From contig MGEI01000005.1 in the NCBI GenBank assembly GCA_001791305.1, positions 44,488 to 108,487 on the forward strand: a stretch of 64,000 nucleotides of DNA, given 5' to 3'. Position 1 is the first letter of the stretch; the number at the start of each line of letters is the position of its first letter. The notes below the pieces were generated by a model that was not told the DNA's origin, ran no database searches, and saw nothing but the letters and a program-made list of their open reading frames with translations. This document shows positions 40,610 through 50,725 of the stretch, one piece after another. The stretch comes from Candidatus Uhrbacteria bacterium RIFCSPLOWO2_01_FULL_47_17 (GTDB lineage Bacteria > Patescibacteriota > Patescibacteriia > UBA9934 > GWF2-40-263). A program made the translations under genes and the position numbers.

Positions 40610-41071
40610 ATGACAACAGAAGAAACAACTCCTGTTGAAGCAACAGCGGACGAAGTCGTCGAGGCTGCTGTGGAAACACCTGTAGAAGAAGTGGCCGTTG
40701 ATGTCATTCCTACAAAAACAACAGAAGTCCGTTCCGGACAAACCGTTCGTCTTCACGAGCGCATTAAAGATGTCACGCCAAAAGGAGAAATTCGCGAACG
40801 CATTCAGATCTTTGAAGGAATCGTCCTTGGGATCAAAGGCGCAGGACTCAGCCGCACCCTCACGATTCGAAAAATCAGCTCTGGTGGATTCGGTGTAGAA
40901 AAGATCTACCCAGTAAACTCCCCAGTTGTTGCAAAGATCGAACTTGTGAAAACGGCAAAGGTTCGCCGCGCAAAGCTTTCCTTCTTGCAAAATGCAAAGA
41001 GCGGATTCAAGCGCAAGTTGAAAGAGACCTACGTAAATACAACAACAAAAAAGGCCAAGAAAAAGAAATAA
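40610..41071 (+). CDS. rplS: 50S ribosomal protein bL19 with acidic N-terminal extension and Lys-rich C-terminal tail
   Basis: Core GQTVRLHERIKD...RERIQIFEGIVLGIKGAGLSRTLTIRKIS.GVEKIYPVNSP...VRRAKLSFL matches L19. About 35 extra N-terminal residues. Confidence 0.9.
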   Translation: MTTEETTPVEATADEVVEAAVETPVEEVAVDVIPTKTTEVRSGQTVRLHERIKDVTPKGEIRERIQIFEGIVLGIKGAGLSRTLTIRKISSGGFGVEKIYPVNSPVVAKIELVKTAKVRRAKLSFLQNAKSGFKRKLKETYVNTTTKKAKKKK

Positions 41072-41074
41072 AAA

Positions 41075-41107
41075 AACATCTCCGCCGCGGCGGAGATGTT
41101 TTTTTAT
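41075..41107. terminator. Bidirectional terminator
   Basis: aaaaacatctccgccgcggcggagatgttttttt, a perfect hairpin with flanking A/T runs. Confidence 0.75.
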
Positions 41108-42652
41108 TTACAACGATTTTATCGCTTGATCCGATTCTACATTCACCCCATTTGCATAGCGCCACAAGAACGTTGGCGGAACTTCCACAATACCTTTGTT
41201 CCATTGTGTTCCAAAAATAGTGCTTGCCACGGTTTCTGAAACGATCCAGTGCAACTGCCCATCATTTCCGAACATATAAACACGCGAATCTCCAATTGCT
41301 TTTACACGTGTTCCAGGGGTAAACCCACCTTCAAACACGTTGTTTGATTTTTGCATGGAAAGAATTGTGGCAAGCGTAGCTTGGTAAAGCGCGCCATCTG
41401 TTCCTTTCCAAATCACGTGTGATACATCGGAAAGAACAGGGTTTGTGCCGTATCCAAGTTTTACAAGATTTTGATTGGTTGTGTTTTCAAACCAAACGTT
41501 TCCTTTCGTATCAAGACCCGTGCGGAGCGTTTCGCGCACATCGGTCACGAGAAAAGGTGTTGATTCATATTTTTTGGAAGCAAACGTGTATTTCCAAGTT
41601 CCCTTCTCATCCGCAAAATACACGGCATCTTTTTCCAAGTGAACAGATCCCTCCTTCACCATTTGAAGATTAATCACACCAGAGGATGTGTGAACGTATA
41701 AATGACGATTCACATCAACCCACGACATGGCGTCTCCCGCGATCTGCACCGTTGCATTTGGATTCGTGTTCCAACTCAACTTTGCTGCACCATGAGAAAC
41801 CGGCTCTTTATCGATTCCAGGACGATACGTGAACAAGGTGTAATTTTGAAAAAACACTACGCTGCCATCCGTCAAAAAGTGTGCGAACAAAATATCCGCT
41901 TGTGGTTCTGTCCAGGTGTTTGGAATTGCCGCCATTTTTTGAGATGCCGGTTCGATCATCCAAAGCTGTTTATTTCCACCTGAAAATTGGAACTTCACAA
42001 GCAATCGATCATTATAGGCATCCATGACTTGCTGCCATGGAGCATTTAACATGAACGAAATTTCACGTTCTTCATAGGAGCCGTCCATGGATTTTCCGGT
42101 AAGAGAACTTTGTACCTTTTTTGTTGTGTTGTTTGTCTGTAAAAGTGATGTGTACAAACGATCTCCGGACGTAGAAAAAGAAACGAAACTTAATTCATTG
42201 TGTTTACGCGCAAGGGAGGTGAATGGATGGATGTTTCCTGTATTTGGATCAACAAGAAAAGCATCGAACCAAACATCCTTACTCAGGGATTTTGTAAAAA
42301 AAATGAACTTTCCTTTTTGCGCCATGGCAAAGGATGGATTCAAAAATTGTTGATCAACCGCGGGAATCAATTGTGACTTTCCATCTTTTATGATCGAAAG
42401 ATCAATTTTGTCACACGTTCCAAGATTGGTACATTGTGCAGATAGATTTGAAACAAAGACGATTCCATTACGTTTCATGGGGGCGCTTACGTTTGCATTG
42501 AACGTAAGACGTTCATTACGAAACGATGTTTGGTTCCAAACACGTTCCGCAAGAAGCGGCTTCCAAGAAGCGTTATCCGCAAAAACACGAGGAAGAAACG
42601 GCGAAACACCCGCCATGACCACCAAAGAAAGAATCAGGATTTTTTTCAACAT
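41108..42652 (-). CDS. Secreted hypothetical protein (signal peptide; beta-rich)
   Basis: 514 aa; N-terminus MLKKILILSLVVMAGVSPFLPRVFA. Confidence 0.6.
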   Translation of the reverse strand: MLKKILILSLVVMAGVSPFLPRVFADNASWKPLLAERVWNQTSFRNERLTFNANVSAPMKRNGIVFVSNLSAQCTNLGTCDKIDLSIIKDGKSQLIPAVDQQFLNPSFAMAQKGKFIFFTKSLSKDVWFDAFLVDPNTGNIHPFTSLARKHNELSFVSFSTSGDRLYTSLLQTNNTTKKVQSSLTGKSMDGSYEEREISFMLNAPWQQVMDAYNDRLLVKFQFSGGNKQLWMIEPASQKMAAIPNTWTEPQADILFAHFLTDGSVVFFQNYTLFTYRPGIDKEPVSHGAAKLSWNTNPNATVQIAGDAMSWVDVNRHLYVHTSSGVINLQMVKEGSVHLEKDAVYFADEKGTWKYTFASKKYESTPFLVTDVRETLRTGLDTKGNVWFENTTNQNLVKLGYGTNPVLSDVSHVIWKGTDGALYQATLATILSMQKSNNVFEGGFTPGTRVKAIGDSRVYMFGNDGQLHWIVSETVASTIFGTQWNKGIVEVPPTFLWRYANGVNVESDQAIKSL

Positions 42653-42746
42653 AATGTTGTTAATAAATAACGCCAGATTTTAGCAGAAAAATGCGTTTTT
42701 GTCAATGATTTAAAAAAAAGCGAGGTAATTCCTCGCTTTTTCATCT

Positions 42747-45626
42747 TTAGAGAACAGATTTGAGATATTTGCCGGTAATACTCTCTTTTACTTTTACAAT
42801 ATCCTTTGGAGTTCCTTCGGCCACAAGCTTCCCTCCTTTAATACCACCATCAGGCCCCATGTCAACCACCCAGTCGGCTCCTTTGATGACATCGAGGTTG
42901 TGTTCAATGATCACAACCGTGTTTCCCTTGTCGACGAGCATGTGGAGAACACCGAGAAGGCGCTTAATGTCCTCGAAGTGGAGTCCAGTCGTCGGCTCGT
43001 CGAGAATGTAGAGGGTTCGACCCGTTGCACGACGAGAGAGCTCTGTAGAGAGCTTCACGCGCTGTGCTTCTCCTCCCGAGAGGGTCGTTGCACTTTGTCC
43101 GAGACGGATGTATCCGAGTCCGACTTCATGAAGTACGTCGAGCTTTTCGAAAATGGATGTCTGATCCGCAAAAAAGCGTCGCGCTTCTTCCACGGTCATG
43201 TTTAAGATATCCGAAATATTTTTCTGTTTGTAGTGAACCTCGAGCACTTCTTGGTTGTAACGTGTTCCGCGACATTCGGTACACTCGACATACACATCCG
43301 GAAGAAACTGCATTTCAATGCGGCGCACTCCGTCACCTGAACATGTTTCACAACGTCCACCACCCTTTACGTTAAAACTGAATTTTCCCGCATCAAAATT
43401 TCGCATCTTTGCTTCCGGAACTTCTGTATACAAATCACGAATGGCGGTGAAGACTCCTGTGTAGGTTGCAGGGTTTGAACGCGGTGTGCGCCCGATTGGC
43501 GATTGATCGACCGCGACAACTTTGTCGATGTGTTCAATGCCTTTGATCGCTTTGTGTGCTCCTGGATATTCTTTCGCGCGATAGAAATGTTTCGACAACG
43601 ACTTGCCGAGAATGTCGAGAATGAGTGTTGATTTTCCAGAACCAGAAACGCCGGTGATACAAACGAGCTTTCCGAGCGGAATCGATACGCTCACGTTTTG
43701 CAAATTGAATGCGGTCGCCCCAACAATGTCGATACTCTTTCCATTGCCTTTTCGATATTTTTTTGGAAGTGGAATGGATCGATCGCCGGACAAATAAAGT
43801 CCCGTGAGCGAATGTTTGTTCTTTTTAATTTGCGCAGCGGTTCCTTCTGCCACAATCTCTCCACCATATTCTCCCGCACCTGGACCGACGTCAAAGACGT
43901 AATCGGCAGCTTGAATCATCGCTTCATCATGTTCAACCACAATCACCGAGTTTCCAAATTCTTGCAGACGACGAATGGTTTGGATCAAACGATCGTTATC
44001 GCGCGGGTGAAGTCCAATGGAAGGCTCGTCGAGAATATAAATCACGCCCGAGAGTCCGCTTCCAAGCTGAGAGGCAAGGCGCACGCGCTGTGCTTCTCCA
44101 CCAGAAAGTGTCATCGCGGAACGATCGAGAGTCAAATATCCAAGACCAACTTCGGTGAGCTGTGCCAAACGCGCACAAACTTCTTTTCCAACTCGTTCCG
44201 TGACCAATTGCTCATCACCCGAAAGTCCGCTGATCAAATTTTGTTTCTCTTCTTTCTTCCCTTTTCCGCCCTCTCCGCCTTTTCCGCCCTTCCCCAACAC
44301 CCCTTCGAAAAATCCCTTCACATCCTCAACCGGCATGTTCACGATATCCGCGATCGACTTATCTGCGATCGTAATCGCGAGCACAGCGGGTTGCAAACGC
44401 TTTCCGGAACATCCGGGACAGAGCATGCGGCGCATGTAACCCTCGAGTTCGGAACGAACATAATCAGAATCGGTTTCGCGATATTTTTGTTCAAGTTGTG
44501 CGAGGACTCCTGGAAACACAACTTCTTGCGAATCAAAAGAGTAAAGCTCTGCGCCCGTTCCATACAAAATAACATCCATTTTTGCCTTCGGGATTTTTTC
44601 AACCGGAACATCTAATGGGATTTTGTGTTTCTTTCCAACAAGGTCGAGCATGCGCAGATAGCTAGTTTGGTTTCCCGCAATCTTTGACCATGGGCGAATT
44701 GCGCCTTCTTCGAGCGTGAGGCGACCATTTGGAATCACAAGCTCAGGCTCAAGCACGAGTTTCTCGCCAAGCCCTGTACACTCGGTACATGCTCCGTATG
44801 GAGAGTTGAATGAGAACAAGCGTGGTTCTGGTTTTGGTAAATTCAAGCCACAGTTCACACACATGAAACTCTGGGAGAACGAACGTTCATCTCCGTTTTC
44901 ATCATTTACGAGCGTCACAAATCCATTTCCGTAATCGAGCGCCTTTTTCATCATTTGTGTGATGTGATCCTTCGAGTATGTCTGTCCACCTTGGAACGCA
45001 AAAATAAGAACATCCAAATCATGATCTTTCTTTTTATCTTTGCGCATGTTCACCGCCTCGTCTGTGTCGATAATCAATCCATCATAACGAACGCGCGTAA
45101 ACCCAGCGTTCAATGCGGCTTGCAAAACATGTTTATGTTCTCCTTTTTGTTTTGAAACAACCGGTGCAAACAAAAGAAGTGTGTCCTTCCCGAGAGATCC
45201 TTCGACGATCTTTGTCATCTGCTCAAGTGTCTGCTCTTGAACAACCGCTCCACACTTCGGACAATGTGGACGTCCGGCACGTGCAAATAAAACACGCAAA
45301 AAATCATAAATTTCTGTGACGGTTCCAACCGTAGAGCGTGGATTGTGGGATGAAGACTTTTGGTCAATCGCAATGGTTGGCGAAAGGCCGAGCATTTCAT
45401 CCACATCTGGTTTGTCTTGGAGTTCAAGAAACTGACGAGCATAGCTCGAAAGCGATTCCATGTAGCGGCGTTGTCCTTCTGCGTAAATCGTGTCAAAAGC
45501 GAGTGAAGATTTTCCGGATCCGGAAAGCCCTGTGATCACCACGAGTTTATTTTTAGGAATGTTCACATCAATATTCTTGAGGTTGTGAACGCGCGCACCG
45601 CGAATGGAAATGTATTCTTGAGGCAT
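42747..45626 (-). CDS. uvrA: Excinuclease ABC subunit A (UvrA)
   Basis: Two ABC ATPase modules ([20 protein letters not shown]), Zn-finger Cys pairs and LSGGE signatures. The start is set at ATG 45626. Contains a Gly/Lys low-complexity insert ([15 protein letters not shown]). Confidence 0.95.
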   Translation of the reverse strand: MPQEYISIRGARVHNLKNIDVNIPKNKLVVITGLSGSGKSSLAFDTIYAEGQRRYMESLSSYARQFLELQDKPDVDEMLGLSPTIAIDQKSSSHNPRSTVGTVTEIYDFLRVLFARAGRPHCPKCGAVVQEQTLEQMTKIVEGSLGKDTLLLFAPVVSKQKGEHKHVLQAALNAGFTRVRYDGLIIDTDEAVNMRKDKKKDHDLDVLIFAFQGGQTYSKDHITQMMKKALDYGNGFVTLVNDENGDERSFSQSFMCVNCGLNLPKPEPRLFSFNSPYGACTECTGLGEKLVLEPELVIPNGRLTLEEGAIRPWSKIAGNQTSYLRMLDLVGKKHKIPLDVPVEKIPKAKMDVILYGTGAELYSFDSQEVVFPGVLAQLEQKYRETDSDYVRSELEGYMRRMLCPGCSGKRLQPAVLAITIADKSIADIVNMPVEDVKGFFEGVLGKGGKGGEGGKGKKEEKQNLISGLSGDEQLVTERVGKEVCARLAQLTEVGLGYLTLDRSAMTLSGGEAQRVRLASQLGSGLSGVIYILDEPSIGLHPRDNDRLIQTIRRLQEFGNSVIVVEHDEAMIQAADYVFDVGPGAGEYGGEIVAEGTAAQIKKNKHSLTGLYLSGDRSIPLPKKYRKGNGKSIDIVGATAFNLQNVSVSIPLGKLVCITGVSGSGKSTLILDILGKSLSKHFYRAKEYPGAHKAIKGIEHIDKVVAVDQSPIGRTPRSNPATYTGVFTAIRDLYTEVPEAKMRNFDAGKFSFNVKGGGRCETCSGDGVRRIEMQFLPDVYVECTECRGTRYNQEVLEVHYKQKNISDILNMTVEEARRFFADQTSIFEKLDVLHEVGLGYIRLGQSATTLSGGEAQRVKLSTELSRRATGRTLYILDEPTTGLHFEDIKRLLGVLHMLVDKGNTVVIIEHNLDVIKGADWVVDMGPDGGIKGGKLVAEGTPKDIVKVKESITGKYLKSVL

Positions 45627-45737
45627 AGAAAAAGAGGTCGACAAACGAAACCAACGAAAGATTAAATCGTCTGCGACTCTATCATGGAAAATAAAAACGG
45701 GCAAGCCTTGAGGCTCACCCGAAATAAAATCGTGCAT

Positions 45738-47201
45738 TTAATATTTTCCAGGCTCGTAAAGCGTTCCATCAATCTCTATCGTTTTGCTTGGAACACAGTC
45801 ATCTTTTTGATTATAAAAACCAGTTGAATATTTACACATTCCAGTTAAAGAAGATACGATTGGGGAACCAGCCGGGAAACCAAGTCCGCACGGATTTTCA
45901 TGACAAATAGATTCCAATCCAAAATTTCCTTTGTTAATTCCCGCTTGTGTATTCTGAATATCCTCGAGCGGCTGTCCACCCGGCTTCTCATCATTTGTCG
46001 CAAGTTGCGTATCATAATCAGAACAGGATTTTACGGCCGCACAATTGAGCGTAATCACCGCACAGGTTCCTCCTGTCACAACCGTCCCTGCCCCAGCCGC
46101 GACACCTGTAATCATATCTGAATCTTCCGTGTATCCACAGCGAATAATCGCTGCATCTTTTATTCCGGATGCTGCGGGTGATAATTGTGAACAAGCGGAT
46201 GAAGATGGCTTGATTCCCAGTGTATTCCCTTTCGTCAGTGCTTTACATTCCACACACTTTGCTGTTGCTCCACTTCCAAGACATCCTTTTCCTGCAGGAC
46301 AGCTTTTAAAATCACAAGAGATTCCAGCAGCGACGGCCGGGGCTTTGTCATCATAAGCGATCACATTCGATGATTTTCCACAGTCTTCTCCTGTCGTAAA
46401 ATCTGTCTCCATTTTAAAGAGAAGTTTTCCGTCTTTATCTTTTTTTAATTTATATTCTTCACAAGAAGCAGCTCCCTCCGGGAGGCCAATAGGTTTGACC
46501 ATGGGAAACTTTGGAACTTGTAGTTTGATCAGGTATGGATTAACCGTTTGTGCAATAAGCGTCACACACAACAGCAAGACAAAACCAGTGATACCATTTT
46601 TGATGCGATCTTTTCCTTTTGAGACGCCGTCCTTTGTACTTGCTCCAATGGTGTACTGAAGCCCACCGATCATCACCATGATGATGGAAATAATGATTCC
46701 CGTGTTAATGATGAACGAAAAGATTGCATTAATATATTCTCCAATATCTCCGGTAAGCGTAAGTGGCTTTGAAGGATCTGTTGGATTTGGAATGGAAACG
46801 TTTAATGCCACTTTCACCGCATTCTTTGGATCTGGAAAACAGTATCCCTGACCCTTCACACAGTCCCAAGCCTGTTTACTATCAAGAACACCACTTTGTT
46901 TTTCACATTGTTCTTTTGTATAACAATACGGACTTCTATCTGGTGCTTGCGCTGCGGTAAAGGCACACGCGGCCATGGCAAACCCCTTTGATTTACACAT
47001 GGATACACAGGCGTCACGCGTTGTTTTTGTGTCTTTATCCGGGTATCGGGTTGCTCCCGCACTTGTTGCACAATAACAGTCGCACGTGGTTGGCGTTGGC
47101 ACCGCAGCAAAACTTACAGGGACAAAAAGAAAAAAAACAATCGCAACGCATGCGAGGGTGCATGCTGTGTGATGAACAAAAATTCGCAATGCTTGCATCA
47201 T
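45738..47201 (-). CDS. Cys-rich secreted/membrane protein with an internal double hydrophobic hairpin
   Basis: Signal peptide, more than 30 Cys, and two central hydrophobic segments (INAIFSFIINTGIIISIIMVMIGG and GITGFVLLLCVTLIAQTV). Confidence 0.55.
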   Translation of the reverse strand: MMQALRIFVHHTACTLACVAIVFFLFVPVSFAAVPTPTTCDCYCATSAGATRYPDKDTKTTRDACVSMCKSKGFAMAACAFTAAQAPDRSPYCYTKEQCEKQSGVLDSKQAWDCVKGQGYCFPDPKNAVKVALNVSIPNPTDPSKPLTLTGDIGEYINAIFSFIINTGIIISIIMVMIGGLQYTIGASTKDGVSKGKDRIKNGITGFVLLLCVTLIAQTVNPYLIKLQVPKFPMVKPIGLPEGAASCEEYKLKKDKDGKLLFKMETDFTTGEDCGKSSNVIAYDDKAPAVAAGISCDFKSCPAGKGCLGSGATAKCVECKALTKGNTLGIKPSSSACSQLSPAASGIKDAAIIRCGYTEDSDMITGVAAGAGTVVTGGTCAVITLNCAAVKSCSDYDTQLATNDEKPGGQPLEDIQNTQAGINKGNFGLESICHENPCGLGFPAGSPIVSSLTGMCKYSTGFYNQKDDCVPSKTIEIDGTLYEPGKY

Positions 47202-47207
47202 ACACGG

Positions 47208-47951
47208 TTAATTCTTTTGGTCATTCATGGACCAAATGACATTTTCAAGAATATTTTGAGGGATAGATCCTGGAATCCGATTTCCATTAATAAAAAACGT
47301 TGGAGTTCCACGCACACCAGCTGCAAGACCATCCGCATAATCTTGTTCAACCTGTTTTGTGTACGTCCCAGCAATAAGACAAGCATGAAAATGCGTTGTG
47401 TCTAAATTCAGCTGATTGGCGAACTGTTCAAACGATGCCTCTTCAAGCGTATCTTGATTTTGATACAGTTTGTCATGATATTCCCAAAATTTTCCTTGTG
47501 CGTTTGCGCAGGCAGATGCTTCTGAAGCTTTTTGTGCGAGTGGATGCAATTCAAGGAGTGGAAAATCTCTGTAGATGTAGGCAAATTGGTTTGGATATTT
47601 TATGGCAAGCGCACGCATGACAAAACTGGACGTACGAGAAAACGGACAACCAAAATCTGCAAACTCGACGATGGTGACAGGAGCATTGCGAGATCCAAGC
47701 ATGGGGCGATCATTCACAACAACGTCCACGGTTCCGTCTTTCACAGGTTCAGAGACGATTTTTGAAAGAGACGAAACCGTTTGGGAAAAATTTAAATCGG
47801 AAAGATTTAACGTTCCGTTTCGAATTTGAGTGGTGTAAAAAACAACGCGCCAAACAAATGCACCGAGCAACAAAAGAATCACGAGAGTCACAATCGTGCC
47901 GACCCAACCGCGCTTGCGATGAATTTGAGCCTCCTCATTCATGTAAGACAT
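47208..47951 (-). CDS. DsbA-like thioredoxin-fold thiol:disulfide oxidoreductase, membrane anchored, CPFS active site
   Basis: N-terminal TM helix and a thioredoxin-fold motif FGCPFS (a CxxS variant of CxxC). DsbA-family layout. Confidence 0.7.
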   Translation of the reverse strand: MSYMNEEAQIHRKRGWVGTIVTLVILLLLGAFVWRVVFYTTQIRNGTLNLSDLNFSQTVSSLSKIVSEPVKDGTVDVVVNDRPMLGSRNAPVTIVEFADFGCPFSRTSSFVMRALAIKYPNQFAYIYRDFPLLELHPLAQKASEASACANAQGKFWEYHDKLYQNQDTLEEASFEQFANQLNLDTTHFHACLIAGTYTKQVEQDYADGLAAGVRGTPTFFINGNRIPGSIPQNILENVIWSMNDQKN

Positions 47952-48172
47952 TTTATGTTAAAAAGTATATCATAGAATCACCTCTATGCGAGATAAAACA
48001 ACAGAGTCTGCAGACGCGGAATCCAAAGAACAGGAACGCGCAAAACGTCGGCATACAAAACAAAACCCAAAGATGAAAATGACGGGAAAAGGCATGAAAC
48101 GCTTTGCAAACCCAAAAAAACCATCCACAAACGGTTGACGATTGGGGTCGTTTTTGATACCATTATTTCACT

Positions 48173-48394
48173 ATGAACATTGATCTCATTCTCAAAATTT
48201 CGACAGTTGTTCTTGCGGTGTTGCTTACGGTCTCTATTTTATTGCAATCACGTGGAACTGGAATTGGTGCAGCGTTTGGCGGAGGCGGAAACGTTTATCG
48301 CACAAAACGCGGTGCAGAAAAAAAATTATTTCAAGTCACGATTATCATCGCCATTCTCTTTTTTGGTGTCTCTCTTGCAGCCATTCTTTTGTAA
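48173..48394 (+). CDS. secG: Preprotein translocase subunit SecG
   Basis: 73 aa, two TM helices, and the Gly-rich loop LLQSRGTGIGAAFGGGG typical of SecG. Confidence 0.75.
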   Translation: MNIDLILKISTVVLAVLLTVSILLQSRGTGIGAAFGGGGNVYRTKRGAEKKLFQVTIIIAILFFGVSLAAILL

Positions 48395-48475
48395 CGCGGA
48401 TTCATTCTTAACTCCGCAACATCTTTACGTTTAATCGTTTTTTTAAATCTTCAAAGAATCCGGAAGCTCGTCAAA

Positions 48476-48515
48476 CAAAAAACCTGGCCCTTCGCCAGGT
48501 TCTTTCTGTCACAAA
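48476..48515 (+). terminator. Intrinsic terminator after secG
   Basis: aacctggc-ccttc-gccaggtt followed by a T-rich run. Confidence 0.6.
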
Positions 48516-48564
48516 ACCACGCTCATTTCCAACATGGAAACAATGGGAACAGCTCCCAACCGTC

Positions 48565-50259
48565 ATGAGTGCTCCTGAAAAAAAACTGTTTGCGGGTTCA
48601 CTCAGTCTCATCTGTCTTTCCCTTCTCGTTCTTGCAGGAGCGTATATTTTTGCGCACCGCGTTGAACTCCCGGCGGTTGGCGGTGACAACACAGAAGCAC
48701 TCATCGGAACCCCAAGACTCATTAACCCGCTTTATGCCTCCACAAATGACGCAGATGCTGATCTTGCATCCCTCATTTATTCAGGCCTCATGACATGGGA
48801 TCCTGCACAAGGATACATAAATGACCTTGCAGACTCTGTCACGGTGAGTGATGACCGATTAAGCTACACGGTTCGCGTCAAACAAAACGCCAAATTTTCT
48901 GATGGCGAACCTGTTCAAGCACGCGATGTCGTTTTTACCTACTCAGCTCTGCAAGATCCAGATTATCGCAGTCCCCTTGCCTCAGATTTTAGCGACATAA
49001 AAATAGAACAGGTTGATGACCAAACCGTCTTGTTTACACTCAAAAATCCCGACCCGTCATTCACACACAAACTCACAACAGGTATCCTCCCGGAAAATCT
49101 GTGGTCTGATATTTTGGCACAAAATGTTCCGCTCGCCTCGTTGAATTTGCAGCCCATTGGAAGCGGTCCGTATGCCTTTCAGGAATTTACGAAAGATAAA
49201 AAAGGCTCCATTCGGACCTACACCTTAAAACGAAACACGCATTACTACGGCACAGAACCAAAAATTGAAAAATTCATTTTCAAATTTTATCCAGACGAAT
49301 CGTCTGCCACACAAGCGCTTATCAACAAAAATGTAGAGGCGGTCGGATATGTCGCCTTTGAACATCGCGGAGCTGTTGAAAACAACCACGGTGTAAACTT
49401 GGTCTATTCTGCCATCCCTCGCGGGACCGCTCTCTTTTTCAACAAAGAAAACGCTCTCCTGAAAAATGCAGCAATTCGCCTTGCCATTGCCCAAGCAATT
49501 GATAAAAACAAAATCGTCTCTGAAGTTCTCTCCTCCCATGCAACCGTCATGAACGGACCACTCTTCCCAGGCACAACCGCGTTTGATTCAGCCTTTACCG
49601 GCACCACATTTGATCCATCCGCGGCAGCATCCGGATTAGACACGGCTGGTTTTCAAAAACCCGTCGGCGCTACATTACGTCAAATTCCTCTCACAGCCGT
49701 ACAAAAAGCAGCAAAAAAAACAGAAACAACGGAACAAACAATCCCAGAACTCATGTTCACGCTTACAACCATCTCAAGTGAGGAATTTGTCCGTGTGGCA
49801 GAAGAAATTAAAGATGAGTTAAGTCTTCTTGGAATCGGTATCACGATAAAAACCATTGACGCAGAACACCTCATGAGTGATGTTGTTGTTACACAAGATT
49901 TCGAACTCCTCCTTGCGTCAAACTACGGAGCAACAAATCCGGACCCATTCTTCTTCTGGCATTCATCTCAAACGGGCAAAGGCGGATTCAATGTCGCACA
50001 GTATCAAAATGCGGAAGTCGATAAGTTGCTTGAAAAAGCACGCGCGGCAAAAACCGAAGAAGAACAAGACGTCTTCTCTCGACAAATGCAAGCTCTTCTG
50101 GTAAAAGATGTCCCAGCTGTATTCCTGTATCAATCCATGTACACATTCGCGGAACCAAAAAAGATTCATCTGAATCCCCCACCGCAATTACGCATCCCAT
50201 CAGATCGCTTTGCAAATGTCGAAGATTGGTACATCAAGACAAAACAAACGTTGAAATAA
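48565..50259 (+). CDS. ABC transporter substrate-binding protein, family 5 (OppA/DppA-like), membrane anchored
   Basis: 564 aa, N-terminal TM anchor, SBP_bac_5-like length and motifs. Confidence 0.75.
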   Translation: MSAPEKKLFAGSLSLICLSLLVLAGAYIFAHRVELPAVGGDNTEALIGTPRLINPLYASTNDADADLASLIYSGLMTWDPAQGYINDLADSVTVSDDRLSYTVRVKQNAKFSDGEPVQARDVVFTYSALQDPDYRSPLASDFSDIKIEQVDDQTVLFTLKNPDPSFTHKLTTGILPENLWSDILAQNVPLASLNLQPIGSGPYAFQEFTKDKKGSIRTYTLKRNTHYYGTEPKIEKFIFKFYPDESSATQALINKNVEAVGYVAFEHRGAVENNHGVNLVYSAIPRGTALFFNKENALLKNAAIRLAIAQAIDKNKIVSEVLSSHATVMNGPLFPGTTAFDSAFTGTTFDPSAAASGLDTAGFQKPVGATLRQIPLTAVQKAAKKTETTEQTIPELMFTLTTISSEEFVRVAEEIKDELSLLGIGITIKTIDAEHLMSDVVVTQDFELLLASNYGATNPDPFFFWHSSQTGKGGFNVAQYQNAEVDKLLEKARAAKTEEEQDVFSRQMQALLVKDVPAVFLYQSMYTFAEPKKIHLNPPPQLRIPSDRFANVEDWYIKTKQTLK

Positions 50260-50279
50260 AATCGGCTCGTAGAACTGCT

Positions 50280-50366
50280 GGACGAATGGCGGAATTGGTA
50301 TACGCGCAGGTCTCAGAAGCCTGTGCCTTCACGGGCTTGAGAGTTCGAGTCTCTCTTCGTCCACCA
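50280..50366 (+). tRNA. tRNA-Leu (anticodon CAG), long variable arm, CCA encoded
   Basis: Acceptor GGACGAA/TTCGTCC, anticodon loop CTCAGAA, long variable arm, T-arm GAGAG-TTCGAGT-CTCTC. Confidence 0.85.
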
Positions 50367-50725
50367 CTTCTACGAGCTGTGGCGAAATTGCAACGATCGA
50401 ATTGGTCGATCTTTCGTAAACGCGATACAATAGTCACAGAGACCGCATGCGACATTTTCCGGATGATTTCAGCCTATGGGATCATCTCAAAAAGTTCGCA
50501 TGTGCGTCATGCATCAAATACGGAGAGGAACCGTTCTTTTACAACTGAACATACGTACGATCAAAAAGTGTTATTTTTTGTTTTTGTCTTTTTTGATCGC
50601 TTACACCAAAAACAAGAGTCATTGAGTCGATAAGTCGTTCAGTCAAGGTGTTTTATTTGTTTAAAAACAAAAAAACTTCCTAGACTTATAGACTTAACGA
50701 CTCAACGACTTCTAAACTCAGTTTT

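Noticed and set aside
50226-50633. ORFs overlapping tRNA-Leu(CAG) (50226..50633 plus strand, 50234..50455 minus strand)
   Set aside because: They overlap a well-formed tRNA and its downstream leader.
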